60,709 bases of DNA, filler included, from Basidiobolus ranarum (GCA_040143965.1; 17 parts of 17 records of this genome joined end to end with filler, not necessarily neighbours in it); one strand, 5' to 3'. Shown: positions 9,945 to 24,190, counted from the first letter of the whole stretch. Notes: a model not told the origin generated them from the letters alone. A program made the numbers and translations.

Positions 9945-12401
9945 GATAAATAAGGAGTATTAAGTGGTAAATTTAGCGAAAGTAAATCACTTGTAAAGTA
10001 CAAGATATTGAAGAACACTGAACTTGATCTGAATTGGAAAGATATCTCATCATCTTATTTATAGTATCAATGACTGATGACCAAGAATCAAGCTAAAAGT
10101 ATGGTCCACTAATATTGATATCTCCTGCTGTAGTAGAATCATTTCGAGTTGAAAGTACCTTCGGAAGTTAATTTCGAGTAAATATCTGCCCTGCCTCCTC
10201 GACGGTAAAATAAGTCCTGCATGACATTTATGGGGTAAATGTAGCTGGAACTTGATTGAAATATCTAGCATACTCCTGGCATTTTGTAGGCTATTCTCAA
10301 TCGAGAATAAAAGTTAATCTCGATCTATATCCTCAACTTCCAGAAACGAAACTACTGTAAATATTATTCTTAAACAAATACAATTAACTGTAGAGAAGTG
10401 ATACAACCGAAAGTCAAGACTGATCTATAGCCAAGGCATAATAACTGATATTTCAAAATCATCGTGAATAATTGATCAAAGCAATTCTCATCTTATCATA
10501 GATCACATGATTTGGTTGATTGACCAATTGAAAGTATGAAAAGTTTTATGACTACGATGGTTATCAAATTGATAGCTCTTTCTCTTGTTTCTTTCACGAC
10601 GAAATCCATTCGTTTGAAGAATTACTGAAATCAATGGCTGTCATTCAAAAGTCTGGTATCGTTGCNNNNNNNNNNNNNNNNNNNNNNNNNNNNNNNNNNN
10701 NNNNNNNNNTTAATTAATTAANNNNNNNNNNNNNNNNNNNNNNNNNNNNNNNNNNNNNNNNNNNNAAAGTGCTAGGGTATTACTGATGTGAGAAGATTAC
10801 AATAAAAGTATCTCCAATGCATTTCGAAATCAGCTTTTAAATGCCAAAGTGAAGGATCGTTCATACTTTGGTAGCACAGCCGTATATCTTTAGGTTGACA
10901 AGAGGAAAACTGCCACACATATCTCCAACCATCTTGTCATTCCTTATCTACGATTCATCTGACCTTGCTTGATCGGGTACCGATTGGTATGTAACAATGT
11001 TAGACAATTAGATAGCGGCATAAATGGTGCGATATAAGTATGAATCAAGTTTACATATTAAATTTGCTAACAGTAAAACTAGACGTTTTAGTTTTTTTTG
11101 TGGACATAGGGATTTCTAAACGATCAACATATTTTTTGAAATCTTACCTGTACTCCTACAGCGATAACTGAGGAGAAAGAGAGTTTGATTCTTGGCTTTC
11201 CTTTTGCTTATGAACCAAACTTATTTACGCCAGATCCTGCCTTCATTCATGATGGACGGTGCTAGTATTCGAGATACTTGCAATTACTGCAACTCTGCAG
11301 ATTGATGAGCTGTTACCAACTGCAGCCTACTTGAAACACGCTGGAGCTCTCCTTGATTAGCAAGCTGGTGCAGCAGCGTATGGTTGTGATAAAAATCCAT
11401 GTTGTCTGAGTTGAGGTGTTTACTACACACAAATCCGGATTTGAAAGTGAAAGATCCGTCTATGTACATCATGCTATAAATAGTTATGACGAGAAAGCGG
11501 TTTATTATCTCTGCTGGTTATGTACCAGGTGAATGAGCAATCGCCCTTGGAAATATTAGCCAATGGTGCTATGTCTCACAGCATTCAAGAGAATTGAGAG
11601 TAGAGATTTGGTTTCTCAGAAATAGAGTACGTCATCGATAAGATTAAAGCAGCAAATGCATCAAGCTGTCTTCATTTTGCGTAATTGGAAACCACTTCAT
11701 TTGTTCAGGTGGTGATCATTGTTCAATATATGCTCTACCATTTGTCAAGATAATGGTGTATCGAAGGGCAATTCCTGAAACCTCATATTTGCTGTAGTAA
11801 GGTTGGCTAAATTCCAATCGAAGTGCTTCATGGTTATGCACCACCCAACCAGCTCTCAAGTAAAAGCACACATCAGAAGGTCACAGGTGAAAGACAGCCA
11901 GGTCAGAAATTTAATTTCCCTGTCTCACCTGACTACACCTGTGGAATACATGGAAGCTCAATCCTTGAATTGCTTCTATTCATATAGGGATTCTGCACAG
12001 GAACAATAGCAGCCCCGTCATTGGATCAGTACTAACCCATGGATCCAATTAGTTCCGCACTCTTGCCCATACCGCTCACAACAATCGTAGTACTCGTTAG
12101 CTGCTGAATAAGACTGGAACAAATAGGCCCACCAATCAATAGATGGAACAATGCTCGAGCTACATCGAATGGTTTTTGGGTTCGTGCGACTAGCTGTACG
12201 TATTTTTCTTTAGAGTGTAATAATCCCATATGTGAGAGGATAAACAAGCATCTGATCATATAAAAGCCGCTCATGAGTCTGTTGATAATTGATTCCTCGT
12301 CTGCGTGTTTTACTGGGATTTCGTAAACTTGTTAACTTGTCTTTACGCAGTCCTTTCCTCCGTATCATTCACCTTGGTTGACTATTCTTGTGATTGTTCA
12401 A

Positions 12402-13197
12402 ATGACTCGGTTTGATTTGGTAAACTTCCCAGTAGCCAAAACTGTGCTGCTGGTGACTCGACTGCTAGAGTCTATTATCAAGGCTAATGATAGGGTGCCA
12501 AGTAAAAATGTCACATGGTTTCATTCAAGAGCAGTGCCGAATATATCAGTTCAAGCGTATCTACACCGCATCATCAAATTCGCACCTTTCGATAATGAAG
12601 CATTGTTGGGAGTGCTAGTTTATTTTGATCGCATTACGACATTATCTGTTCGGCGAAATAGTAAATTCATCATCAACTCTTTAAATATCCATCGTCTGTT
12701 AATTGCGAGTTTAGCTGTTTCTACTAAATTTTCCTCTGACGTTTTCTATCCTAACTCTCAATACGCCAAAGTAAGTAATAGCAACATACTGTTTCCACCT
12801 TTTGTAAATTAATCTAATCGGAATGTTAAATATATAGATTGGTGGGATTCCTTTAACTGAGTTGAACCAGCTTGAACTGGAGTTCTTGTTTTTATGCGGA
12901 TTCGATCTCTTTGTGAAGCCAGATATGCTCCAGAGATATGGAGATAAGTTACTTGCGTTAGCCCAAATGGGCAATGGAAAACATAACGATATCAGCATCT
13001 CCTACGGAGTTAAACGTAATATTCCGAACCATGAGGATACAGAGACAGAGAATGCAGCCATCAAAAAACACAGTAGACGAAAGACCTATCACCTAACAAT
13101 TCAGCAGCCATACACAAGCCCTGGAAAATCATGTATATCTATATCATCCCTGCTTACAGATACACCTATATTGAAAACTGTGCATACTGAGCAATGA
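12402..13197 (+). CDS. Pho80/Pcl-type cyclin, 2 exons (intron ~12771-12837)
   Basis: Motifs FHSRAVPNISVQAYLHRI, NIHRLLIASLAVSTKFSSDVFYPNSQYAK|IGGIPLTELNQLELEFLFLCGFDL. Confidence 0.92.
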
Positions 13198-13679
13198 AAA
13201 AGTACAAGTAATTCCCTCACTACTTCACAGCTCGCTAACTCGTAAATTTGTAACACCAACTCGTAGATATATGCCCACTTCTCCACCTCGCTTGTCCATA
13301 TGTATGTTCTATCGGACACTGAGTTTTAACCATTCTAGTAGTGTTCACTTTCAATGTAAATTTTGTTATTCTCATTACGCTATCGCATTTGTGTTGCTGG
13401 CATTTACTGTCTGAAATCCTTAATCCTTCTCTGAAAGTGTACTTGTAACCAATGACAAATGAGATTCTGTAAAGTTAATCAGCTATCGAAATAAATCTGG
13501 TAAATAATGAAGCATTTAAACCAGTTTTCTATTCAATTCATATCTCAGTTACTAGTGTATGTCGCTTTTTGTTAGTAACAGTGGCTCTGGATATCGCTAG
13601 GTTTGTTACGTCAGTTTAGGGGTCATCAAGCTTTAGTTTGGTATATTAGATTAACATTAATTGAACCCTCAACTAAATA

Positions 13680-13973
13680 GTCATGTAAACTAATCCTATG
13701 TAAGGTATAAATTTCTCAAAGTTCTGTCTAGCTAATTGTTTGGTTAATATATCAGCAATCATGTCTTCTATAGAACAATAATTTAAATCAATAAACCTAT
13801 TCTCTATATTCTCTCTAATAAGATGATGTATAATATCTATATGCTTGCTTCTAGTATGAAATATGGTATTTCTATCTAATTTAATACCACTTTGATTGTC
13901 TGGAAATATAGTATTGGGGAAATATCATAAATAGCCCAAGTTTATTAGGAGTTCTCTTAACTATGTTGCATTT
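13680..13973 (-). mobile_element. Decayed Ty1/copia RNase H fragment
   Basis: Minus strand gives FHTRSKHIDI..HLIRENIE..YCSIEDMIADILTK with in-frame stops. It is interrupted by LTR-B at 13974. Confidence 0.8.
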
Positions 13974-14250
13974 TGTTGGAGGATCTTGACAAAATGGAGG
14001 TAGACTTTGTATATTAGAAGCAACCTATGATAGTGTGTTTTAGTTACTTTATTCTTAAGAGTATATGGTGACTTATATAGTAGAAAAGTAAATCAATTGC
14101 TTGAGTTATTCAGGAGTTTGTGTAATAAGATATAATAGATAAGTGGGGGTAATAAGACATACTTGTTATATAGATATAGAGATATTCCTACTTATAATAT
14201 AGGGGCTATAGATACATTGCTTTCTGTTTCTGATATATGTATCATAACTA
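13974..14250 (-). mobile_element. LTR family B copy (truncated by contig end)
   Basis: Begins TGTTGGAGGATCTTGAC and aligns with the copies at 37929 and 50487. Confidence 0.88.
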
Positions 14251-14350
14251 NNNNNNNNNNNNNNNNNNNNNNNNNNNNNNNNNNNNNNNNNNNNTTAATT
14301 AATTAANNNNNNNNNNNNNNNNNNNNNNNNNNNNNNNNNNNNNNNNNNNN

Positions 14351-15754
14351 CTACGTATTCAAATACTTTGTCAGCATATTGATACATTTCGGCCTCATAC
14401 GATTTCAAAAGGCCTAGCTCATATCCCCAGTCTTTACCATTCTGGATAGTATCGCAGCACGAAGTGCTTGAACTGCGCATAACAACTGGTTCACACGAGT
14501 ACTTCTCTGAATATAAGAATCATTATCGAAGCAAATGGATTCCAGGCCCTTCAAACGCGACATAATCTGATCTATGTTAGAAAGACGACCTCCTCTTTCT
14601 TTATCTAAGCGGAGTTGAAGCTCTCTATTCCAACGTCTTTCGAGATCTTTAGTCTGCTTTTCCAAAGACTGGGAAAGTTGATTGAAGTATTCCTTTTTGA
14701 TCTCATCTTTTTCATGTAGGAATCGCTCTCTCATGTGTGCTTGAAGATCCGCAAGTTGTTGAGAGGCGGCGTCCTTTTGCTTTTCTAAAACCTCTGTGAA
14801 GTGTTTAGTTTGCTTTTCAATCTCATCTTGAAGAGCTTTCTTTTCTCCATCCTTAAGAGAAGAGATATGACTTTGGAGTTCATGAATAGCTTCTTTTGCT
14901 TTTTGAACTACGGTAACATAGTTTTCTTGAGTAAATGTTTCATCATTCAAAGATTTAAGAACGCGGTTAATATTTCCTAAAACGTTGTTGACCGTGGGGT
15001 CATTAGATTCAAACTCGGGAACATCGAATAAGGCATGTTTGATCTTTCGGAAAGCTTCACCAGCATCTTCTACGGCATGGCTAAGTGCTTCAGTAGGAGG
15101 GCGAATAGCAACATCCTCCTGAGAATCCGTTATGATAGTAGAGGCAGGAATAAAATTTGGCTGTGATACGGCCTGAGCCTCGGGTTGAATTGTGGCCCTA
15201 GGGGTAACAACATCGTCTTTAGGAAATCCAAACTGGGGTTCCTCTGTCTTACGGAGGTCTTCTATCAACTTTTTAGCATCATTGGTATACTCCACGAGTT
15301 TGTTATATAATTGACTGCCATATTCAGGTAGTTTTTGTGCCTCACTTTGAAGACGACCTAAAGGATCCTTTTCGTTCTCAATTTCAGTAACGAAATCTTT
15401 AGCACCAGGTACATTCTCAGTGAATAATTTTCTGAAATTCTCATCCTTTAAGGCGTAAAATCCAGAACCAACATAACCAGCTCCACCTAAAACGGCCAAA
15501 AGTGAAAAAGTTTTTAATAAAGAACGTCCTTTCTTTGGGGTTACGGGAGTGACAGTTGAGTTGGTAGTGACTTCAGTGGTGTATGGCTAGTGAAGTAAAT
15601 TCGAATTATTGATTTACGTCTACAAATCCAAATTTCGTGGTATATATACCTTTCTAAATACTAATGTGCGAGAATTGTGTGCTCTTGAGGCGGCTCTTAT
15701 AGTAGCTTGAGAAGCCAAAGATCTTTTTGTTGAAACTTGAACGCCTCTAATCAT
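14351..15754 (-). CDS. MIC60: MICOS subunit Mic60/mitofilin, 5' part
   Basis: Mitochondrial presequence MIRGVQVSTKRSL.., an intron at ~15588-15649, TM segment LLAVLGGAGYVGSGFYAL, ENFRKLFTENVPGA, a long coiled coil and ERGGRLSNI. A second intron (GTAAAG..CTGAC..TAG) ends at the contig edge. Confidence 0.85.
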
Positions 15755-17147
15755 ATTTCGTTATCTATACAGTGATGTAAAGTTAGAACAAAGATTGACA
15801 TTGATATTCAAGGAAAACAAATACCCGAAGTTAGGTAGTGATGGCAAGAAAGTCAGTTTACCTTCAAAGGATGAGTAGTTCTTTGTACAATCAAATCCTT
15901 TTTGGGGAAACCAATTTTGGGGTATAACGAGATTAAAAAATTTCACCTTATTCATATGATTCTCATTTGCACATGATTTATACTTTGCTTCTTACCCCAC
16001 ATCCTTTCACTAAACGATTTTCTGCCAGTATTGAATGGTGAGGAATACATCAAAATTGGATTTACCGAGAGTAGTTCAACGATTACCATTGGATTTCAGA
16101 CCATTATTAGAGCATACGTCAAATCTTGTGAAAGAGGCTTACGAACCTTCAAATTTTATTATGCATAAATAGAAGTTGCTTAAGGAAACATGTTTATATA
16201 TATGTTTACCATCGACCTCCACACTTTTGTTGATCTATAGGTACCCGGCATCACTGACCCCACATTATAGCCCATTACATCATCAATTGTTTACTAGTTA
16301 TACTTCCCGTAGCTTATATCACAAGCTCTCTTCCACCATAAAATTGGTTTCGTGCTCTCAATGGAGTAGAAGATAAAATGGAATTAGTGCATTGCAAACT
16401 TGGAATTCTCTTGATGTTTAAATGGTATTTGAGATGGCAGTTTCAAAGTATGTTGGAATATCTCAGATTCTTAAATATATTGTTACAGAGTTCTCTCAAT
16501 ATCTGTTATTGGTAAACGTAGTTGTCTGCAAAGGTAAAGTATTGAATAGCCCTTGCTGAGTATGCTCCTGTGAGTAACACTCATTCGATAACTTCTGATA
16601 TACCATAATATATTTTCTTTCTAGTCATGTCTAGTAGGAAGTAGACAATACGCTTCAAATTTACCAAAATTATTTTGGATTATTGTATTGGTGAAACAAA
16701 GGCATTTTATGCACTACATCAGAAGTATAGAACAGGTGATCTAATCATATTAGATGCTAACAACTTATCCAGAGCATATGTTTGTTCTGGAGATTCCCAA
16801 AACTTACTGTCAATCCAGTTGAAGTACACATCTGTAGCACCCAAATCCTATAAATCATGCCTAGCATATTCAATGTTTCCTTGACTGGGTATCTCTCAAG
16901 TTAATATCAAAGCATTCAGTTGGAATAATAGATCTTGAAGAAGCTGTGAAAATTTGATGTTGAATTTATCAAAGTAATATACACTTAGCGCATACTTCAT
17001 CTAATTATCCCAAGTGCTTGTAATTCATCCCAAATACCACTCATGAGTAAAAGTTATCAAGATATTAAACCTCTTGATTCATGCTTAGTTGTATATTAAA
17101 AGGCTGATTTTGCTGATACTCAAAAGGTGTGATCATTAACTTCATCC

Positions 17148-17465
17148 TGTTGAAATTATCATTGCCTAAACGCCTATATAGTCATATATAGCTTAGTAGT
17201 TAGTTATTCCATATTTCACTAAGATATTACCCATTATTCTCATGAGGAATTTAGTTAGAAATTTGAAGATATATAGATTTTTCAAAGAAGCCCCAAACCT
17301 TGCACACATGTTTCTGGGACCTTCCTAAACACATTCCACTTGCTAGTTTGCTTACATCCTGACAAAACTAGAAATGTCAACTTTAACTCAATAAATCAAT
17401 AAGTGAAAACATCAATTTCTCTAATTCTCCAAACCACTTCCAACAGGCTCCCAATTACTCTAACA
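17148..17465 (+). mobile_element. LTR family A solo LTR
   Basis: TGTTGAAA...CTAACA termini, with flanks CATCC/CAGCC (5-bp TSD, one mismatch). Aligns with the copies at 28080 and 37441. Confidence 0.85.
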
Positions 17466-17631
17466 CAGCCTCCTCATCATATTTCAAGTGGATCCAGAGG
17501 AGTCAGTATACTTAGTAGCTCTACCTCTATATCCCTTCCCAGCTGTAGGCAAATAGTTACATGAAGTATACCTTTCAATAATCCTACCTAGTGGACATAA
17601 ATTTGATCTTCTTAGTATAAGGATTAACAGC

Positions 17632-17834
17632 TGTTGAAGTATTTGGGAGCTTGTTGGAAGTGGTTTGGAGAATTGGAGAAATTTGATGGTTTTCACTTGT
17701 TGATTTATTTGAGTAGAAAGTTGACAGTTATAGTTTTGGCAAGTTGTAAGCAAACCAGCATGTAGAATATGTTAAGGAAGATCCCAGGAACATGTGTGCA
17801 AAGTTTGGGGCTTCTAGCACAAGTTTGAAAAATC
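17632..17834 (-). mobile_element. LTR family A partial copy, inverted relative to 17148
   Basis: Reverse complement of the 3' half of LTR-A (TGTTGAAGTATTTGGGAGCTTGTTGGAAGTGG...). Confidence 0.85.
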
Positions 17835-17934
17835 NNNNNNNNNNNNNNNNNNNNNNNNNNNNNNNNNNNNNNNNNNNNTTAATTAATTAANNNNNNNNNN
17901 NNNNNNNNNNNNNNNNNNNNNNNNNNNNNNNNNN

Positions 17935-18224
17935 ATGGGAAGAGTGGAAACGTGGGGAAAGGTGCATTGAATCAAACGGTAACGTTCCCTGCACGTGGAG
18001 ATCTCACCTTTCCGCTACCCTTCCACCTTTTGTACACCGCAAGTGACCCTGACAGCCAAGCAGCTCTTAAAGATCTAGCAACTAGATGTGGAATACTAGG
18101 TGGAGTACGTCAACCTTTGAGTATGAGTTACACCGCTGAGTTAGACATAGCTCTAATCTCTTGGTTGGGGATCAGGCCTACAATTTCCAACAACATCTCA
18201 TTTGACTGTCCCATTACCATGTGA
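17935..18224 (+). CDS. C-terminus of a fungal LEA_2-like domain protein
   Basis: The pattern F.LPF.L.Y...DP...AL.DL..RCG..GG....L...Y....I..I..LGI.PTI.....FDCP resembles fungal LEA_2-like membrane proteins (recognised from memory). Confidence 0.55.
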
Positions 18225-18586
18225 ATTTAGGGTTAGGCTTATTTGTTACCATTTTTGTTATCATTCTATTTCCAACAATCCATATTCAATATAGCAGCTA
18301 GCAGCATTATGAGTCATAGTTACTCGGATTGAATTATCCCACTCATTCTAGAAAATAAAAAATTACACATTAACCAGCTTTAGGCATGCAGGCTTTAATT
18401 CCTTGCTAATACATGAACTCTCTTTTTTTTCTCCACTTAAAACAAGTTTGTTTTAAGCCTGGCTCAGTGAATGTATTACCTCCTTTTGATTATTTATTCT
18501 ATCTTTGCTCTCTTACCCAATACCGATAGAATACATACCGTTAGACAAGGGAAAGTTTCTCTCCCATTTTATATAGAACACCGACT

Positions 18587-20431
18587 ATGTCACGTACAGG
18601 CTGCATACAGCTATTGTTCATCCTTACTTTGACCTTCTTTGCTGGTCAAGTGGTGTTGGGCTGTATTTCAGGATCTCTAGCACTGGTTGCAGAGTCCTTT
18701 CACTCTTTGAGTGTATCGATTTGTTTGTATGTTACTTTGTATTCTAGCAAGGTAAGCTTCATTGTTCCCATTTCATTGTATACTCCAAGTGAAACGCTTG
18801 ACTTAAAATTATTCTCCCATAAGCTTGCCGAAAAAAACGCACACTCTTCACAATTCACTTACGGTTGGCAACGTGCAGAAATTTTGGGTACCCTCCTAAA
18901 CGGCATACTATTGATTGCCTTAAGCTTTGCCATCGTCATTAATGCCATTCAACGTTGTTTCCATTTCAAAGGTATTTTTTTGTATTGCTATTTTGTCAGA
19001 TGGATACGTTTATCACTAACCTTGATCGATTCTTTTCTGTTGGTTTTTGAATAGAAATGGAATTCCCTCAAATAGTCTTCGCAACTGGTGGCCTCAGTTT
19101 GCTAATTAATATTATAACGGTACTATTGTTTCGAGGTGAGTTAGTTGGGGTTACTTCAAGTGAAAAGAAACGAACCAACATATATTAACGATCTATATTA
19201 TATAGAGAGTACATTCCTCTACCTCAAAAATATACTACGAGACAAATCCCATCTCTCATCATCCCCAACCTCTTCGTTTACCTCGCATAATGAACCCAGA
19301 ATACACTTCTCGTCGCCGTTTGATTCTATAGATAGATGTCACTACGATGAGACTGCACCATTATTTTTACCTCAATTCAATCGACAAAAACTACCGAATT
19401 CACTCACCACTGACTCTTGCGTGGATCGAATCCACTTTGGAAAAAGAAATTTAACATGGTATTCTTATCATCTAGCTAGTTCTACTTTCGGAAGTGTGGT
19501 ACTTCTGATTAGCTCAGGAATAGCCTGGGGCACAGCGTCGACATGGGGATTTCTCGCTGATCTAATAGGCGGGTACTGTACACCCTTCACCCTGTCTTTG
19601 AGCGTTGTAATATGAATACTAACTTCAATGATCTAGCTTAATCATAGCGTCGGTACTCTTCACTACGTCCATCCCGTTAGGTATGTATCGAAGTTGAAGA
19701 ATTTGTAGTGCACAAATCATTTACCATTCTCAATAGTCATCAAAGCTGCCAGCATACTTATGCAAGGCCTACCCAATGCCATTCCATTTGATCTGATTCG
19801 GGATTGTATCAATGAGGTAAGAAAGTAGATTGAATAGAAATAGATCATCTGATGCAAGCAAACTTACCCCATTTTTACTGATCGAAGATACCGGGGATTT
19901 TATCAGTACATGAATTCCACCTTTGGCAGCTCAGAGATGCCACCACTGCCGCATCAATACGAGTTAAAGTGGTTAACGCAACCTCTTACTCACCAATAGA
20001 GCGTAAAGTACAAGAAATACTTCAAAGTTATGGGATTCATAGCTTCACCGTAGAGCCAGAATTTATGAATAGTTATCGAGATGTATTGACCCGTACTACT
20101 AAAGAAAAGGGTTGTGTACTTATTCCAGCTAACTAACCCTAAGCTCCTACTGATATTCTAGTATTCCAAGATTCCGGTTACTCGACCGGCCTCGGTGGAT
20201 GATTTAACGACTTTAAGTGGCCGAAATAGGTATTATCCTCTACCCGTACATATTCCGGTTCAACCCGTCCAACATAAACTTGGCCATGACTCCATTATCC
20301 ACTACTATCAACGTCAACAACAGTATCAACAACAACAGCACCTTCTCTACCCCCATCAGCTTCCTCAATATACAAAACTTACGGTAGTCGGTTCCCCTCA
20401 ACCGCACCGGACTAATAGCTCCTTCTTTTGA
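18587..20431 (+). CDS. Cation diffusion facilitator (Zrc1/Cot1/ZnT1-like) with atypical metal site, multi-exon
   Basis: Motifs SLALVAESFH, FTYGWQRAEILGTLLNG, ILMQGLP, IPGILSVHEFHLWQL and YGIHSFTVEPEF. Several GT-AG introns and a Q/H-rich tail. Confidence 0.88.
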
Positions 20432-21516
20432 AGAGACTCCACCCATCCCATCGTACAAAACAGAACATCAAATATCATGATTGACAAGATTATGGAGATA
20501 GACTCTTTACATAATCTTGTAGACCTAATGCTCCTATTGCCTATTCTAATAAAATCCACCAAGATATCACTCCTAGATAGCTAGTATAGATGCTTATCTT
20601 AAATATATCAAGGGTGAGAGTATCCAAATAGATGAGCAACAATCTCTGGAATATAACAAATCTTCAGTAGATGACAGTATTTGAAAATCACCATTATATT
20701 TTAGATTGCATGAGTGTTTTGAAAGCAATTTTAGTAGGATAACTTGGTTTAAGGTGCTTGATGATATGTTAGTATATTATGACATTAAGAGAAAACTGGC
20801 CAGATAGGTATTGATGGATTTGTATCCTGTCCTAAATCTCACCCTAATACTATTATAGCTCAAAAAAGTATCATTGATGATTGAATATGAAATATTGATC
20901 TTAGAAATATAACTATTCATAAAAGAATGAAGTTAAGTTAATATGTAATATGAGAGTCAGAAATAGATACAATAGCTACCTATCTAGATTGTTCACCTAC
21001 TGTTCAATCTATTACCCAGAAACTTTGCATGCTTTTTTTAAAAAAACAAGCAGTTTATTTTTGAAGAAAGTTGCATGTTGATTGGAACCTGTTATAGGTG
21101 GGTTACACTATTAGCAAAAGGGCTAGAGCTGGGTCAAATAATATAGCTTAGTAACCAGATCAGACTTTCCCGTTTATTTCGGTTTATTATATAAGTACAT
21201 CCATTTTAAAAAGGAGAATCAACAACTTTGGGTCAAGAAGTTTATCGTACTTGTGTTACTCAGATACTGGGTCTAGCGGGTGGCGAAGAATATCTGCATT
21301 CGAACATGTTTTCAGAGATTGATGCTCCGAGGAATTTGAGTTTAAAGGCAATATCATGGCCTCCAGACTCTGACATTACATCATCCCTACCTAGCAGCCA
21401 ACTACCACTGAACGTTNNNNNNNNNNNNNNNNNNNNNNNNNNNNNNNNNNNNNNNNNNNNTTAATTAATTAANNNNNNNNNNNNNNNNNNNNNNNNNNNN
21501 NNNNNNNNNNNNNNNN

Positions 21517-22411
21517 GTAAGGTATTCCTCAGTATGACTGATTTGTGACGCAGGAGATTAACGGAATAACTGTTAGGCTATCACCCGCACGGAATCTTTG
21601 CTGTAGGAGCTTTTGCTGCTGTTGCCACTGAAGGCGCGAATATCAGTGAGGTCTTCCCGGGGCTGAATATTCGGTTACTCACCTTGGATACCAACTTCAA
21701 ACTCCCTTTTTATCGAGATCTACTATTGGGTCGTAGAGTAGCTTCGGTGAGCCGTCGTTCATGCGAAAACATCTTACAAAAAGGTCCCGGCCATTCTTGC
21801 ATGATTGTTGTTGGTGGAGCTACAGAATCACTTAGCGCATTCCCAGGAACCAACGACCTTGTCCTCAGGAAACGGGTAGGATTTGTGAAGCTATCTCTAA
21901 GAACTGGGTATTGTTATGTTGTTTCGTTATTTCCCAGAATTCTGGATAGATACTAATACCAAACTTCTCGTACGTAGTGCTTCCCTAGTCCCAGTGTTTG
22001 GTTTCGGTGAAAATGATATATTTGACCAAGTAGCTAGTGAACCTGGAACGAAAGTTCGTCAGGTTCAAAGTAGAATACAACAGATATTTGGATTCACCGT
22101 ACCATTATTCTATGGACGGGGGATTTTTAATTACGATCTAGGGATCTTACCTCATAGACGGCCTATAGTTGTAGTTGGTAAGTGGTATTTCAATTGAAAA
22201 CCAGAATACTAGTATTATCTTTTTGATTCCAGGTGCTAACTTCTCATTTTTAGTTGGTAAACCAATTGACGTAGAAAAAATCGAGAATCCTACAGAAGAA
22301 GACATCAAAAAATATCATGAGCTATACGTTGCAGCCTTACAGGAACTTTACAACAAGTACAAAGATGTATATGCAAAAGAGCGCGTTTCTGAGCTTCGTT
22401 TCATCGCTTAA
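21517..22411 (+). CDS. DGA1: Diacylglycerol O-acyltransferase 2 (Dga1-like), C-terminal part
   Basis: Catalytic GYHPHG motif, plus IVVGGATESL, LRKRVGFVKL, LVPVFGFGEND, PLFYGRG and LPHRRPIVVVVGKPI. Confidence 0.93.
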
Positions 22412-23870
22412 AGATCCAATGTCTCGCACACATCAGCGTATCTCTTATTCCTAACTTACCTGCATTCATTGGGTTTTAATACTATCGATTCATTAACATA
22501 CACTATCAATAATGTAAGTGTACTGTTGAACAAGTTAGACTAGTGGTGTTGGAGAGAAAGTAGTACTATTTTCTGCGGCACATGGGACGATTTTACACAA
22601 TACCTGGACATACAGTAGCTACCATACATTTTATTGCCAATACCTTTAACTATTAAACATCACCATAATGACTAAACAAGTGTTCCAAAAGTGAATAAAT
22701 CAGGAATGTCATTATTAATTAAGTTCTACCTTGAGCCGATAAACTGTGTAAGGATACTGTGACAGACCGAGAAAACCATCAAGAAAACTCCGACCACACT
22801 GCATAATCCTATGAATATTTCAGGAAGTGCTCGATTGCTGTAGTCCATCATACAAACTGCTCCTAATTGATATAGGAGATAAATTGGTCTAAAATGGGTG
22901 CTGGCATCGAAATGTCAACTTTGCGCGTGATATTTGTGGTCTACATAATGAATTCATTCTATTTGAAGCCAGTTTAGCTGCCGATAGTGGTGTTATCAAA
23001 GACGAAATCTGAACTACCAAACAATCGCATCGTTTATGCAGCTGAATGACAGGTTGGAGACAATATTTTAGATTATCACCAGAGTGTAGCCAAGTGCTCG
23101 TAAGAAATCACATTTCGTACTCATCAGTGCGATCACAATGATGGATTACCACCCCACCCGTCGAGGAGTATTCTCGGTAGGAAAAAACATTGTCAAACTG
23201 TTGAGCTGGTAGGGTAAATTAGATCGGCAGGAGGCTTGATCTCAATGGAATATTTTACACAGAAATCGCACCCATCGGACAGGCTGTGTGATGGTTTACC
23301 CAGATGTATATTGGTGCAGAGCTACCTGTATCATTAACGTGTGCCGGATAAGATTCCAGGTGAATCATTTCAGTAGCACACACTTCCTACGTCACTCTAT
23401 CACCAAGGGATCAATTTCTGCCGCTCCTTCTATATATATCTAATACCCAGACGACGTGGACTTGATCCCTAATGCAAATCTATCTGGGATGTAGAATAGA
23501 GCATCAGGTATATTTGAATCAGCTATGGAATAAGACGATTTTGGTGACGTATGTCGTTCTGCCATAGTGGCCATAAGTGATCTTACAACAAGTGGTATTG
23601 GATGAATATTGAATGGTCCTCTTGGTACGAGGTCTTCACAGATGAGGCTTTCTATGCGCAGATATTAGGCATCAAAAGAAGTGCTTAATTCTGAAAGGTA
23701 CATAAACAGAAACTAGTCAACATTAATTGAGAACCACTCTAACATCTTGGACTTTAATCCCTGTTTGTCCCTAACCAGAAAGTAGAAGACATTAGCAATA
23801 TATGCACTACTACCCATCATTATCAACTTCTTTTTTCATTTTAAATTATAAACTGGAGTATCTTGATATC

Positions 23871-24190
23871 TGTCAAAGTATTATGGGAGCTTGTTGGAAG
23901 TAGTTTTTCGAACTAGTGGAATTGGTGGTTTTCACTTATTGATTTATTGAGTAGAAAGTTGAAATTTGTGGTTTTGTCAAGATGTAAACAAACTAATGTA
24001 TCAAATGTGTTAAGAAAGGTCCCAGGAACATGTGTGCAAAGTTTGGGGCTTCTTTGAGCAATCTATATATCTGAGAACTTCTAAGTAGATTCCTCTTGAG
24101 AATAGTAGGTGATATCTTAGTGAACTATGTAATACTAGACACTAAGCTATATATGACTATATATGTGTTTAGGCAATGCTTATTTCAACA
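23871..24190 (-). mobile_element. LTR family A solo LTR
   Basis: TGTCAAAG...TTTCAACA termini, flanks ATATC/ATATT (degenerate 5-bp TSD); reverse complement of LTR-A. Confidence 0.85.

Noticed and set aside
14351-14480. Frameshift or premature stop in MIC60
   Set aside because: GTAAAG..GCTGAC..GTAG forms a plausible intron ending at the contig edge.
16034-16170. YIKIGFT motif suggesting a T5orf172/GIY-YIG nuclease
   Set aside because: A single short motif in a tiny ORF with no supporting downstream residues.
17148-17834. Long inverted repeat or hairpin RNA locus
   Set aside because: Explained by two diverged, oppositely oriented LTR-A insertions.
22700-23700. Possible decayed coding sequence on the minus strand
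   Set aside because: It looks codon-like but has many stops and frameshifts, and I cannot assign a family without a search.
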